Shown: piece after piece, positions 55,591 through 63,506 of the stretch | How positions within the stretch are numbered: the first letter of the stretch is position 1 | How the letters are laid out: the number at the start of each line of letters is the position of its first letter | NCBI GenBank assembly: GCA_016787665.1 | Contig: JAEUUC010000009.1 | Coordinates: 131,744-195,743 of the forward strand | Source of the DNA: Cyclobacteriaceae bacterium | GTDB lineage: Bacteria; Bacteroidota; Bacteroidia; Cytophagales; Cyclobacteriaceae | Direction: 5' to 3' | DNA: 64,000 nucleotides | Notes under the pieces: model-generated | What the model saw: the letters and a program-made list of their open reading frames with translations, nothing else | What the model was told of the DNA's origin: nothing | Database searches by the model: none | Translations under genes and position numbers: made by a program

Positions 55591-55636
55591 GAAAATGCCT
55601 TCTTCATGGATTCAATATTCAGGAAGAGGGCATTTT
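55591..55636. terminator. Second hairpin terminator (symmetrical, potentially bidirectional)
   Basis: 14-bp stem aaaatgccttcttc (55591-55604) / gaagagggcatttt (55622-55635) with one G-T wobble. The GC core is flanked by A-runs and T-runs on both sides. Confidence 0.4.
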
Positions 55637-55637
55637 T

Positions 55638-55782
55638 AGTTGTTCGTTGGTCGTTGTTGGTTGTTCGCTTATTGTTAATCGTTTCTAGCATCCAGAATCT
55701 AGCTTCCAGTATCCAGAATCTAGCATCCAGAATCCAGTATCAAGAATCCAGTATCCAGTATCCAATATCAAGCATCCAACCC
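55638..55782. repeat. Two adjacent tandem heptanucleotide arrays: 6 x GTTNNTC-like and 13-14 x (C/T/A)AGNATC
   Basis: Block 1 (55638-55679): gttgttc gttggtc gttgttg gttgttc gcttatt gttaatc. A 5-nt spacer gtttc follows. Block 2 (55685-55775): tagcatc cagaatc tagcttc cagtatc cagaatc tagcatc cagaatc cagtatc aagaatc cagtatc cagtatc caatatc aagcatc, then a degenerate caacccc. The arrays end 33 nt before the methyltransferase ATG. Confidence 0.9.
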
Positions 55783-55814
55783 CTATCTTGCGGCCGTTTA
55801 TCTAACCTGATTCT

Positions 55815-56636
55815 ATGGATACCAAAAAACTGGGCCTCGACATCCAGATTAATCTCTTCAAGTTTTTCTTTGATTCCGAATACATGCACTATGGCTTCTG
55901 GACGCCCGGTCTGGAGGTAAAAGGACCGAACTTCAAGCAAGCCCAGGAAAACTACACGCAATTTCTGATCCGGCATATTCCGGCCGGTACCAAAACCATT
56001 TTGGATATCGGTTGCGGATCGGGCAAGGTAGCCGATGAACTCATTCAGTTAGGGTATTCCGTGACGTGCGTCTCCCCGCCCAGCATCCTCACAGAAAAAG
56101 CAGCCGAGCGACTGGCCGGCAAAGCCCAGGTACACGCCATGGGTTATGAAGATTTTTCTACGGATGAAAAATTTGATCTGTGCTTGTTCAGCGAAAGCTA
56201 CCAGTACATTGATATGCACAAGAGCTTTGCCCAGTGCATGAAGCTTTTAAAACCGGGCGGCCACATCTTGCTGGCTGATTTCTTCCGCACCGAGGCCGAA
56301 GGCACGAGTCCCCTGGGCGGTGGCCACCGCCTGGTGGAATTTTATGACATTCTGAAGCAGCAGCCGTTTGATGTGGTGGAAGACCTGGACATCACCAACG
56401 ACATTGCCCCCACCATGATTTTGATTAACAACCTGACCATGGACGTGGTGTACCCGGCCGTGCTGATGGTGGGCGAACTCATCAAATCACGCGCCCCGTG
56501 GGTGTACAAGTTCCTGGTATGGAAGTTCCGCAAGAAAATTGAGAAGAACCGGGTGAAGCATTTCACCGGCCAGCGCAACCCGGAAAATTTTAAGAAGTAT
56601 AAGAGCTACCGGTTGGTGGTGTTGAGGAAGAAATAA
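55815..56636 (+). CDS. Class I SAM-dependent methyltransferase
   Basis: 273 aa. Motif I ILDIGCGSGKVADEL, post-I motif VTCVSP, and LKPGGHILLADF. Substrate not inferable. Confidence 0.85.
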   Translation: MDTKKLGLDIQINLFKFFFDSEYMHYGFWTPGLEVKGPNFKQAQENYTQFLIRHIPAGTKTILDIGCGSGKVADELIQLGYSVTCVSPPSILTEKAAERLAGKAQVHAMGYEDFSTDEKFDLCLFSESYQYIDMHKSFAQCMKLLKPGGHILLADFFRTEAEGTSPLGGGHRLVEFYDILKQQPFDVVEDLDITNDIAPTMILINNLTMDVVYPAVLMVGELIKSRAPWVYKFLVWKFRKKIEKNRVKHFTGQRNPENFKKYKSYRLVVLRKK

Positions 56637-56698
56637 GCAGAGCGGAAACCTGAGCCAAACCTAACGGAATTTTGAGGACAAAATGAAGGTTCTTACGC

Positions 56699-56896
56699 TC
56701 ACTTTTTGTTTAAAGAACTATAAGTACGTTTGCCAATGGTGTCCACGTGTGGTAAACTATATGTTGGCTTATCAAGAGTCAAAACCTTCTGAAGATCGTT
56801 AAGTGTGTGTTCAAACTTCGAGAGCTGCTCAAACTTAGCATTTTCAACCTCAGCTTGGATTTTGATGTCTTTTAGCTTGTCTGTCAGATTGCGCAT
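56699..56896 (-). CDS. Hypothetical 65-aa helical protein, coupled to the upstream protease gene
   Basis: MRNLTDKLKDIKIQAEVENAKFEQLSKFEHTLNDLQKVLTLDKPTYSLPHVDTIGKRTYSSLNKK. ATG lies 8 nt after the protease stop. AT-rich codon usage like its neighbour. Confidence 0.4.
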   Translation of the reverse strand: MRNLTDKLKDIKIQAEVENAKFEQLSKFEHTLNDLQKVLTLDKPTYSLPHVDTIGKRTYSSLNKK

Positions 56897-56904
56897 GGTA
56901 CAAA

Positions 56905-57765
56905 TTAAATAAATTTTCTTGTATGAAAGAACATTTCACCTCCGTTTCTTGTTATGTACTGACAAATTAAATCGTTGTAGTCACGAATCAAATTTGATAA
57001 CATTCTATCAGTTGAATAATCCTCAATCTTCAGTTTTAGTATATTAGTTAATGCAGAGACACCTATTGATCTACCGTGCGAATGCCAAAGCTTGTTATCA
57101 CCTAAATCCCTGGCTATCTCCATTGCCCTAGTTTCCTTTTGGGCTAGCGTTACTGGCTCTCCAGAGGTGCGGTGTGTATTCCAATTCTTGAATTTATACT
57201 TCACCAGCCATTCTTTCAACAGTGCAACCGTTAACTCCCTTGCTTGCTCATGCCTCCTTAGCATAGCCAAGTCCTGTTCTCTTAACATTATCAATTCAGC
57301 TTGAGAAATTGTACCCGCAATTGACTTGTTGATGAGCTCCTCAACCTTGTCCAAGTAGCCAAGCGCTGGCACCCAATTCTTTCCGTTATACACTTGCGGG
57401 TCAATTGGTCCCAAAGAAGAAGAATAGTCCATAAAAATCTTATCCCCTGACAAGCAGAAAATCGTACCAGCCGAATAAGCTGAATCCGGTACGATGAAAT
57501 TTACTTCTTGATAATGGTGTCTCGTTATCTTAACCAATCTCTCCACCGTTTCAGCGCTGCCGCCTGGCGTATTAAGAACGATGAACAGGGTAGTTCTTGC
57601 TTCAGGCTCCTCTTTCAACTCCTCAATCAAGTCACGGAAGGGCTTATCAAGAGCATCCGTAATTGGCCCGTAATAGAAAAGAAAATCCGCGCCAAAATGA
57701 CTCTCAAGCCTGCTTAAGCGCTCATTCAATATTTCATGAATCGTTGAATCAAAAATTGGCTTCAT
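56905..57765 (-). CDS. SDH-family (serine dehydrogenase proteinase) ClpP/SppA-fold serine protease
   Basis: 286 aa. ...TTLFIVLNTPGGSAETVERLVKI...NFIVPDSAYSAGTIFCLSGDKIFMDYSSSLGPIDPQV matches the ClpP-fold oxyanion/nucleophile layout (TPGG...xSAGT). A helical C-terminal half follows. Confidence 0.7.
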   Translation of the reverse strand: MKPIFDSTIHEILNERLSRLESHFGADFLFYYGPITDALDKPFRDLIEELKEEPEARTTLFIVLNTPGGSAETVERLVKITRHHYQEVNFIVPDSAYSAGTIFCLSGDKIFMDYSSSLGPIDPQVYNGKNWVPALGYLDKVEELINKSIAGTISQAELIMLREQDLAMLRRHEQARELTVALLKEWLVKYKFKNWNTHRTSGEPVTLAQKETRAMEIARDLGDNKLWHSHGRSIGVSALTNILKLKIEDYSTDRMLSNLIRDYNDLICQYITRNGGEMFFHTRKFI

Positions 57766-57928
57766 AACGTCTGTCGAATTTTTTACACTCTATTTTGGGC
57801 TCACCATCCACATAGACCGCAAGGGGCAGTACCGAAAATATTATGTACAATTTACTTTATTCAAGTATCATAACAACAGAGAGTGTTGAAAAAATTTATA
57901 AGCGACCCACAGTTTTGCCCGTTATGCC

Positions 57929-58372
57929 TCAATTGATGATTTCATCGCTGATCGTGAGCAAGGAACCACTAAGCTCGGTGCGGTATTGCCGAAGCGGGCG
58001 CCAGGCCGGCCCGCCACCCGGTGAGCCATCGGAAAAATTGAAGTTGGAGTTGCAACAGGGATCGGTCATGTATAAACCCGAACTGTGCACGTTCACGGTG
58101 GCACACGCCTCGTTAGGGCGGTAGCTGCAGTTGCGCTCAAACGCCAGGTAGCGGGAAGAAGAAACGCGGTACACAATCACGCCCCGCACCCCGATGCTGT
58201 TAATCGTGCGCGAGCCGCCATCCAAAAACAAGGCTGCGTTTTCGGGAAACGAAAGATTCAGCACGAGCGGAGAAAAATTAGCCAGCGGTATGGGGTCATC
58301 CACCGGCCCGGACTGGCAGGCGGCTATCGACACAAAAATCAAACTGCTGAACAATTTACTTCGCATACGCAT
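57929..58372 (-). CDS. Small lipoprotein with a Rieske-fold-like C-terminal domain lacking the His ligands
   Basis: ATG at 58372 or 58366 gives M(RM)RSKLFSSLIFVSIAACQS (lipobox). C-terminal pattern NCSY...DPCCNSNFNFSDGSPGGGPAWRPLRQY resembles CxH...CxxHGSxF..dG...GPA..pL..Y. The start overlaps the upstream dehydrogenase stop. Confidence 0.55.
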   Translation of the reverse strand: MRMRSKLFSSLIFVSIAACQSGPVDDPIPLANFSPLVLNLSFPENAALFLDGGSRTINSIGVRGVIVYRVSSSRYLAFERNCSYRPNEACATVNVHSSGLYMTDPCCNSNFNFSDGSPGGGPAWRPLRQYRTELSGSLLTISDEIIN

Positions 58373-59204
58373 AAAATCCTTCGCCACTCTTTTTGCCCAG
58401 TTTGCCTTCGCGCACCAACCGGCCCTGCGCCTCGCTCGGGGTAAACCGCTCCGCCCGGTCAAACGATTCGTACAAGCCGCCCGTAACGGCATAGTTGATG
58501 TCCTGCCCGATCAAATCCGTGAGCTCGCACGGGCCCATCTTAAAGCCCGCATTGCGCAGTGCGGCATCCAACGCAGCCGGCAACACCACTCCCCTGTCCA
58601 GCATATCGAACGCCTCGGTGTAAAAGGGCCGGGCTACCCGGTTAACGATAAACCCGGGCGAATCTTTTACCACCACCGCTACTTTGCCGATCCGTTCACA
58701 AAAATTTTTCAGTGTAGCCACCACCTCACCCGGAGTTTTTCGCCCCACCACGATCTCCACCAACTTCATGAGCGGAGCCGGATTGAAAAAATGAAGCCCC
58801 GCAAAACGCTGCGGATGGCGCAAGGTCGCGGCCAGCACATCGATTGACAGTGAGGATGTATTGGACACGAGCAAGGCCTCTTCCGAATTAGCTTCTTCCC
58901 AGGCGCGGTACAACTCCTGCTTGATATCGGGCCGCTCTACGATGGCCTCCACCAACAAGTCGGATTTCAATTGCTGTATTTGCGATACTACCTGAAGATT
59001 GTCAACCGCACGCGCGACTTGCTCGGACGTCAGTTTGCCCTTCGCCTCCAATGTTTCCCAAGTCTTACGAATGTTGGCCAACGCCTGATGCGCCAGCCCG
59101 GTGTTGACATCATAGAGCAGCGTGCGCAAGCCTTGCTGGGCACAAACTTGTGCAATGCCTGCGCCCATCGTACCCGCTCCCGCTACCCCTACGGTGTACA
59201 CCAT
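58356..59204 (-). CDS. 3-hydroxybutyryl-CoA / 3-hydroxyacyl-CoA dehydrogenase
   Basis: 282 aa. Rossmann motif VGVAGAGTMGAGIAQ, plus SNTSSLSI, GLHFFNPAPLMKLVEIV and PGFIVNRV. Confidence 0.85.
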   Translation of the reverse strand: MVYTVGVAGAGTMGAGIAQVCAQQGLRTLLYDVNTGLAHQALANIRKTWETLEAKGKLTSEQVARAVDNLQVVSQIQQLKSDLLVEAIVERPDIKQELYRAWEEANSEEALLVSNTSSLSIDVLAATLRHPQRFAGLHFFNPAPLMKLVEIVVGRKTPGEVVATLKNFCERIGKVAVVVKDSPGFIVNRVARPFYTEAFDMLDRGVVLPAALDAALRNAGFKMGPCELTDLIGQDINYAVTGGLYESFDRAERFTPSEAQGRLVREGKLGKKSGEGFYAYAK

Positions 59205-59206
59205 GA

Positions 59207-60229
59207 TTACATTACCGGCTTAAACTGACGCAGGAACCGCACATCGTTTTCAGAAAACAAACGCAAGTCGTTAATGCCGTACCGCAGCATGGTAATCCGC
59301 TCAATGCCCATGCCGAAGGCAAAGCCAGTGAACTCCTGCGGATCAACGCCTGAGTTTTTCAGCACATTCGGGTGCACCATGCCGCTGCCGGCAATTTCCA
59401 CCCAGCCGCTGTGCTTGCACACATTACAGCCTTTGCCATGGCAGATGAAGCAGGAGATATCTATTTCGGCACTGGGCTCGGTGAACGGGAAATAAGACGG
59501 CCGCAACCGAATTTTGGTGTCGGCCCCAAACATTTCCTTGGCAAAATGATAAAGCGTTTGCTTGAGATCGGCAAAGCCTACGTTTCGATCGACATACAAC
59601 CCCTCCACCTGATGGAAAAAACAGTGGGCGCGGGCCGAAATGGCTTCGTTACGATACACGCGGCCGGGCATAATGGATCGCACGGGTGGCTTTTGCTTTT
59701 CCAGAAGGCGAATCTGCACGTTGGAGGTATGGGTGCGCAGCAACACATCCGGATTTTTCTCGATGAAAAAGGTATCCTGCATTTCGCGGGCCGGGTGATT
59801 CTCCGGAAAATTGAGTGCGGTAAAGTTGTACCAGTCCGTTTCAATCTCCGGCCCGTCAGACACATTGAAGCCCAGTCTTTCAAAGATCTGGATGATGCGG
59901 TAACGCGTAAGGCTGATGGGGTGCTGATTGCCGATCGCGTACTGATTTACCGGCAACGTGAGATCCAGTTTTTGCGCCTGACCATTGGTGGAGCCTTCCA
60001 AACTGGCCGTGAGCTCCTTCAGTCGTCCTTCGGCCAGGTTTTTCAACTGGTTGAGCGCCTGCCCCACCTCCCGTTTTTGGTCAGCCGGCACCTTTTTTAG
60101 CTCCTCGAAGAGTTCAGGAATCAGCCCTTTGCGGCTGAGGTATTTGATGCGATAGGCTTCCAGCTCCTGGGCATTGCCCACGGGCGCTTCACGCACTTCG
60201 CGTTCCAACTGTAGTATTTGCTCTTTCAT
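59207..60229 (-). CDS. pheS: Phenylalanyl-tRNA synthetase alpha subunit
   Basis: 340 aa. Class II motifs (HPAREMQDTFF, RTHTSNVQIR, GRVYRNEAISARAHCFFHQVEG, GFAFGMGIERITMLRYGINDLR). Confidence 0.95.
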   Translation of the reverse strand: MKEQILQLEREVREAPVGNAQELEAYRIKYLSRKGLIPELFEELKKVPADQKREVGQALNQLKNLAEGRLKELTASLEGSTNGQAQKLDLTLPVNQYAIGNQHPISLTRYRIIQIFERLGFNVSDGPEIETDWYNFTALNFPENHPAREMQDTFFIEKNPDVLLRTHTSNVQIRLLEKQKPPVRSIMPGRVYRNEAISARAHCFFHQVEGLYVDRNVGFADLKQTLYHFAKEMFGADTKIRLRPSYFPFTEPSAEIDISCFICHGKGCNVCKHSGWVEIAGSGMVHPNVLKNSGVDPQEFTGFAFGMGIERITMLRYGINDLRLFSENDVRFLRQFKPVM

Positions 60230-61277
60230 GTTGAACCAGGGTGACGCGCTGCTGAAAAGCCTTCAGGCCGAAGTTAATGGCGAGGCAAAGGGCCAGCACG
60301 ACCGACAAAATTAACCAATCACCCTGATCTTTCATGAGCCAGGCCAGGCCGAGAAACACAAAGTTGATCAGCGCAAGGGCTATAACCACCCGGCTGTGCG
60401 AGAAGCCGATTTGCAAAAACTGATGATGCAGATGGTTGTGGTCGGCACGAAAAGGTGACTGGAACTTGCGAAGTCGTATGATGATCACCCTCAACGTATC
60501 GAAGAGCGGCACAATGAGCACACACACGGCCGTAGAAACCGAACTCTCAAACCGCCACGCATGCCCCAGGGGCAAATTGAAGTTGACGTTGATGAACTTG
60601 ATGGCAAAGTACACCAACAACAACCCGACCATGAGGGCCCCGGTGTCGCCCATAAAGATTTTGGAGGGTTGCCAGTTGAAGAACAGAAAAGCCAGGAGCG
60701 AACCTACAAAACAAAGGGCGATGAGGCTGAGCGTTGCATCACCCACACCCCAAAACCAGACCCCGAAAAACCCAAGCGCTACCACGCCTACGGAACCGGC
60801 CAGGCCATCTACCCCGTCAATCAGGTTGTACGCGTTCGACACAATGACGATCACAAAAAAGGTGAGCAGCCAACTGACGGCTGTGGGCAGGGGAGTTTCG
60901 AATAAGAATCCATAAAAAGACGTGAGATTAGTCTGATCCAGCACGACCAAAATGATAATGGGAAGAAACTGGCTAAACAATTTTTGACGGGGCGAGAGCG
61001 CGAGCACATCATCGCGCAAACCGATCAGGAACATGATGAGCAGGGCAATGAAAAAAAATTTCATGGCCAGCCATTGTTGAAGCGGCAACCCCATGATGAG
61101 TGCCAGGGCTGCCCCCAGCAGCACGGCAATGCCGCCCATGGAGGGTGTGTAGGTGGAGTGGATCTTATGTTCACCGGGGCTATCAAACAGCTTCCATTGC
61201 CCCAATAGTTTGATCACGACCGGCAGGAAGAGGAAGGCAATGAGAAAGGCGATGATCGGGAAAACAATAAGTTTCAC
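60189..61277 (-). CDS. MraY/WecA-family polyprenyl-phosphate N-acetylhexosamine-1-phosphate transferase (GT4 family)
   Basis: 362 aa and polytopic. KIHSTYTPSMGGIAVLLG, GLRDD, NAYNLIDGVDGLAG and IFMGDTGALMVG. Its 3' end overlaps the pheS start by 41 nt. Confidence 0.85.
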   Translation of the reverse strand: MKLIVFPIIAFLIAFLFLPVVIKLLGQWKLFDSPGEHKIHSTYTPSMGGIAVLLGAALALIMGLPLQQWLAMKFFFIALLIMFLIGLRDDVLALSPRQKLFSQFLPIIILVVLDQTNLTSFYGFLFETPLPTAVSWLLTFFVIVIVSNAYNLIDGVDGLAGSVGVVALGFFGVWFWGVGDATLSLIALCFVGSLLAFLFFNWQPSKIFMGDTGALMVGLLLVYFAIKFINVNFNLPLGHAWRFESSVSTAVCVLIVPLFDTLRVIIIRLRKFQSPFRADHNHLHHQFLQIGFSHSRVVIALALINFVFLGLAWLMKDQGDWLILSVVLALCLAINFGLKAFQQRVTLVQHERANTTVGTRSA

Positions 61278-61287
61278 TGAAGCAAAG

Positions 61288-62667
61288 TTAATAGGCTTTT
61301 TCGCTGCCTTTGAATATCTGCCCGATTGTCTGCAAAATGATCTTCACATCGAGGGGGAACGACCAATTCTCAATGTAAAACACATCGAGGCGGAAGCGGC
61401 CCCGCATGTCATGCAGTTCGCGGGTTTCGCCCCGGTAGCCCTTGACCTGGGCCAGTCCGGTAATACCGGGTTTCACCGAATGCCGGGCCATGAATTTTCC
61501 AATTCTTCGGGCAAAGGTTTGGTTGAGCTGCAGGGGATGCGGACGGGGCCCGACCACCGACATGGTGCCCTGCAACACGTTCAAAAACTGCGGTAATTCA
61601 TCAAGGCTGGTCTTGCGCAAGAAGGCACCAATGCGGGTAATCCGCGGGTCGTTGCGGGTGGCCTGGAGTGAATCCGCCTCATCGTTTACGCGCATGGTGC
61701 GAAACTTCCAGCAGGTAAACGTTGTGTTGTTCCGCCCGGCCCGCTGCTGCCGAAAAAATACCGGCCCGCGGGAATCCAACTTAATGATGAGTCCCAGCAA
61801 AAGAAAAAGCCACCACCCCACCGCAATCAGGAAAAGCAAGGCAAACATCAAATCAAACAGGCGTTTGAGCAGTTGATTCCGCTTGTCGTCCAGCGGTAAA
61901 GCCGTAACACTGAGAATGGGTATGTTATCGTAACGCTCCAGTTCAACATTTTTGAGCGACAGCGCACGATACTCGTTGAGCACCTTTACTTTGATGAATT
62001 TGTCCTCGCACCAATCGATCACCTCCCGCACCTGTTGATGGGACATATAGGGGGCGCAGCAATACACTTCATCAATGGCTTTGTTAACGACAAACTCATA
62101 AAAATCCTGAATCCCCCCTCGCACCTTACCTGCTTGTCGTTGGTCATCAAAGAAACCTACAATCCGGTAGCCGTACTCCGGGTGTCGGCTGAAAAACCGC
62201 TGTAACTGGATAGCGAGTGGTCCGTACCCCATCACAACGACAGATTGAATATTCTTGCCGCCCATCCGATAGTGCCTCAGCAAGAACAAAAAGGTCACTC
62301 GCCAACCCAGCACAATCGTCAAGAAAATCAGATACACGGCCGCAATACTCCACCAATGCACCTGGGGAAACTGCATCAGGTATAAAAGGGCAGCCGTGAT
62401 GAGGAATTGTTGAAAGACGGCAAACGAAATGTCAGCCGCCACATGGCCCACCTTGGTGATTCGGAGCAGCTTGTAGGGATTGGTGTAAAACAACACAAGC
62501 ATCCACGAAAGGTTGGTGAGCCCGAGGAAAACAAACCAGGACCGATCGATCGGATGAACAACCAAGTGTCCCAGAAAGTACAGTGCTAAAAACAGCGAAT
62601 TGAGAAAGACAACATCTCCGCAAAAGATGACAAACTTGACAAATTTGCTAAACCTGCCCTCGCGCAC
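61288..62667 (-). CDS. WbaP-type exopolysaccharide polyprenyl glycosylphosphotransferase (bacterial sugar transferase)
   Basis: 459 aa. N-terminal 4-5 TM helices, a central Rossmann-like region, and a C-terminal catalytic domain: KRLFDLMFALLFL...DSRGPVFFRQQRAGRNNTTFTCWKFRTM...RITRIGAFLRKTSLDELPQFLNVLQGTMSVVGPRP. Confidence 0.85.
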   Translation of the reverse strand: MREGRFSKFVKFVIFCGDVVFLNSLFLALYFLGHLVVHPIDRSWFVFLGLTNLSWMLVLFYTNPYKLLRITKVGHVAADISFAVFQQFLITAALLYLMQFPQVHWWSIAAVYLIFLTIVLGWRVTFLFLLRHYRMGGKNIQSVVVMGYGPLAIQLQRFFSRHPEYGYRIVGFFDDQRQAGKVRGGIQDFYEFVVNKAIDEVYCCAPYMSHQQVREVIDWCEDKFIKVKVLNEYRALSLKNVELERYDNIPILSVTALPLDDKRNQLLKRLFDLMFALLFLIAVGWWLFLLLGLIIKLDSRGPVFFRQQRAGRNNTTFTCWKFRTMRVNDEADSLQATRNDPRITRIGAFLRKTSLDELPQFLNVLQGTMSVVGPRPHPLQLNQTFARRIGKFMARHSVKPGITGLAQVKGYRGETRELHDMRGRFRLDVFYIENWSFPLDVKIILQTIGQIFKGSEKAY

Positions 62668-62765
62668 GGGGTAAAAATACGAACTACATTATTAAGTTGT
62701 CACCCTTATTACCCTTCGGCTTCTCCTCAATCAAACAAAATTCCCAACCAAGCCAAACTTCTTCT

Positions 62766-63506
62766 TCATGACCTCTGTCCCACCAGTTGCCTGAACAATA
62801 ACCATATAAACAACGAGTTCGTAAGAAGGTACCTTCGCCATAACCGGCCTGGCTCCTGCATGAGGCGGAAAAACCATTCAAGCGAAGTTTTGCGCATCCA
62901 CTCGGGCGCTCGCTTGGTCAACCCGGCACTCACCTCAAAAGCGCCACCCACGCCAAGTAAAACAGCGTTGATTTCGCTGGAGTTTCGAGCCATCCAAGTC
63001 TCTTGCTTGGGGCACCCGAGACCCACAAAAACGAGATGAGCCCCCGACTGGTTAATTTGCCTGGCATATTCCTTGTTTTCACTATCTGTGAGTGGCCGAT
63101 AGGGAGGAGAGATCGACCCTACAACTGAAATACCCGGGTAACGCGATCCGATTTTCGCAACTAACTCCGCAAGCACTTGTGGGGAGGATCCAAAAAAGAA
63201 AATTCGCATTCCATCTGCAACCGCCATTATGTCGTTCATGAAATCCATACCGGCAATTCTATCCTGCCGGATGCCATGCAGCCAACCGAGCGATTTGACT
63301 AATGGCATTCCATCAGCAAAAGTAAACGTGGCCCCATTAACGAATTCCTGGAACTGCGCAGACTTGTGAGCCTCAATCACCATATGAACATTAGCGAAAC
63401 AAGCATAGGAAGGAGTTCGCTCCCTGGCTCGTTGAATAATCTGCTCCAAGGCCTCCGGATAGCTGAGCAAGCTTATATCAAGAGAGATAACTCGTTTACG
63501 TATCAT
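62766..63506 (-). CDS. WecB/TagA/CpsF-family glycosyltransferase
   Basis: 246 aa. FANVHMVIEA..., FADGMPLV, IFFFGSSPQVL, VGLGCPKQETWM and GVGGAFEVSAGLTKRAPEWMRKTSLEWFFRLMQEPGRLWRRY. Confidence 0.85.
   Translation of the reverse strand: MIRKRVISLDISLLSYPEALEQIIQRARERTPSYACFANVHMVIEAHKSAQFQEFVNGATFTFADGMPLVKSLGWLHGIRQDRIAGMDFMNDIMAVADGMRIFFFGSSPQVLAELVAKIGSRYPGISVVGSISPPYRPLTDSENKEYARQINQSGAHLVFVGLGCPKQETWMARNSSEINAVLLGVGGAFEVSAGLTKRAPEWMRKTSLEWFFRLMQEPGRLWRRYLLTNSLFIWLLFRQLVGQRS

Noticed and set aside
55638-55782. Possible CRISPR array
   Set aside because: The units are 7 nt long, contiguous and degenerate, with no spacers. There are no cas genes in the window.
55606-55920. 104-aa plus-strand ORF (…SSIQNLASSIQNLASRIQYQESSIQYPISSIQ…) that looks like a repeat protein
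   Set aside because: Its ATG lies in the loop of a terminator hairpin. Its repetitive peptide is just the read-through of the heptamer DNA arrays. It also overlaps the well-supported methyltransferase gene out of frame.
56640-57928. Calling the AT-rich islet a mobile element
   Set aside because: I could find no integrase, transposase, tRNA attachment site, inverted repeats or flanking direct repeats by eye. Only the compositional shift supports foreign origin, so it is reported as a finding and not as a mobile_element feature.
57843-58124. 93-aa plus-strand ORF
   Set aside because: It starts in the very AT-rich intergenic region and runs antisense into the lipoprotein gene. No motifs.
59372-60100. 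242-aa plus-strand ORF
   Set aside because: Antisense to pheS, with no recognisable motifs.
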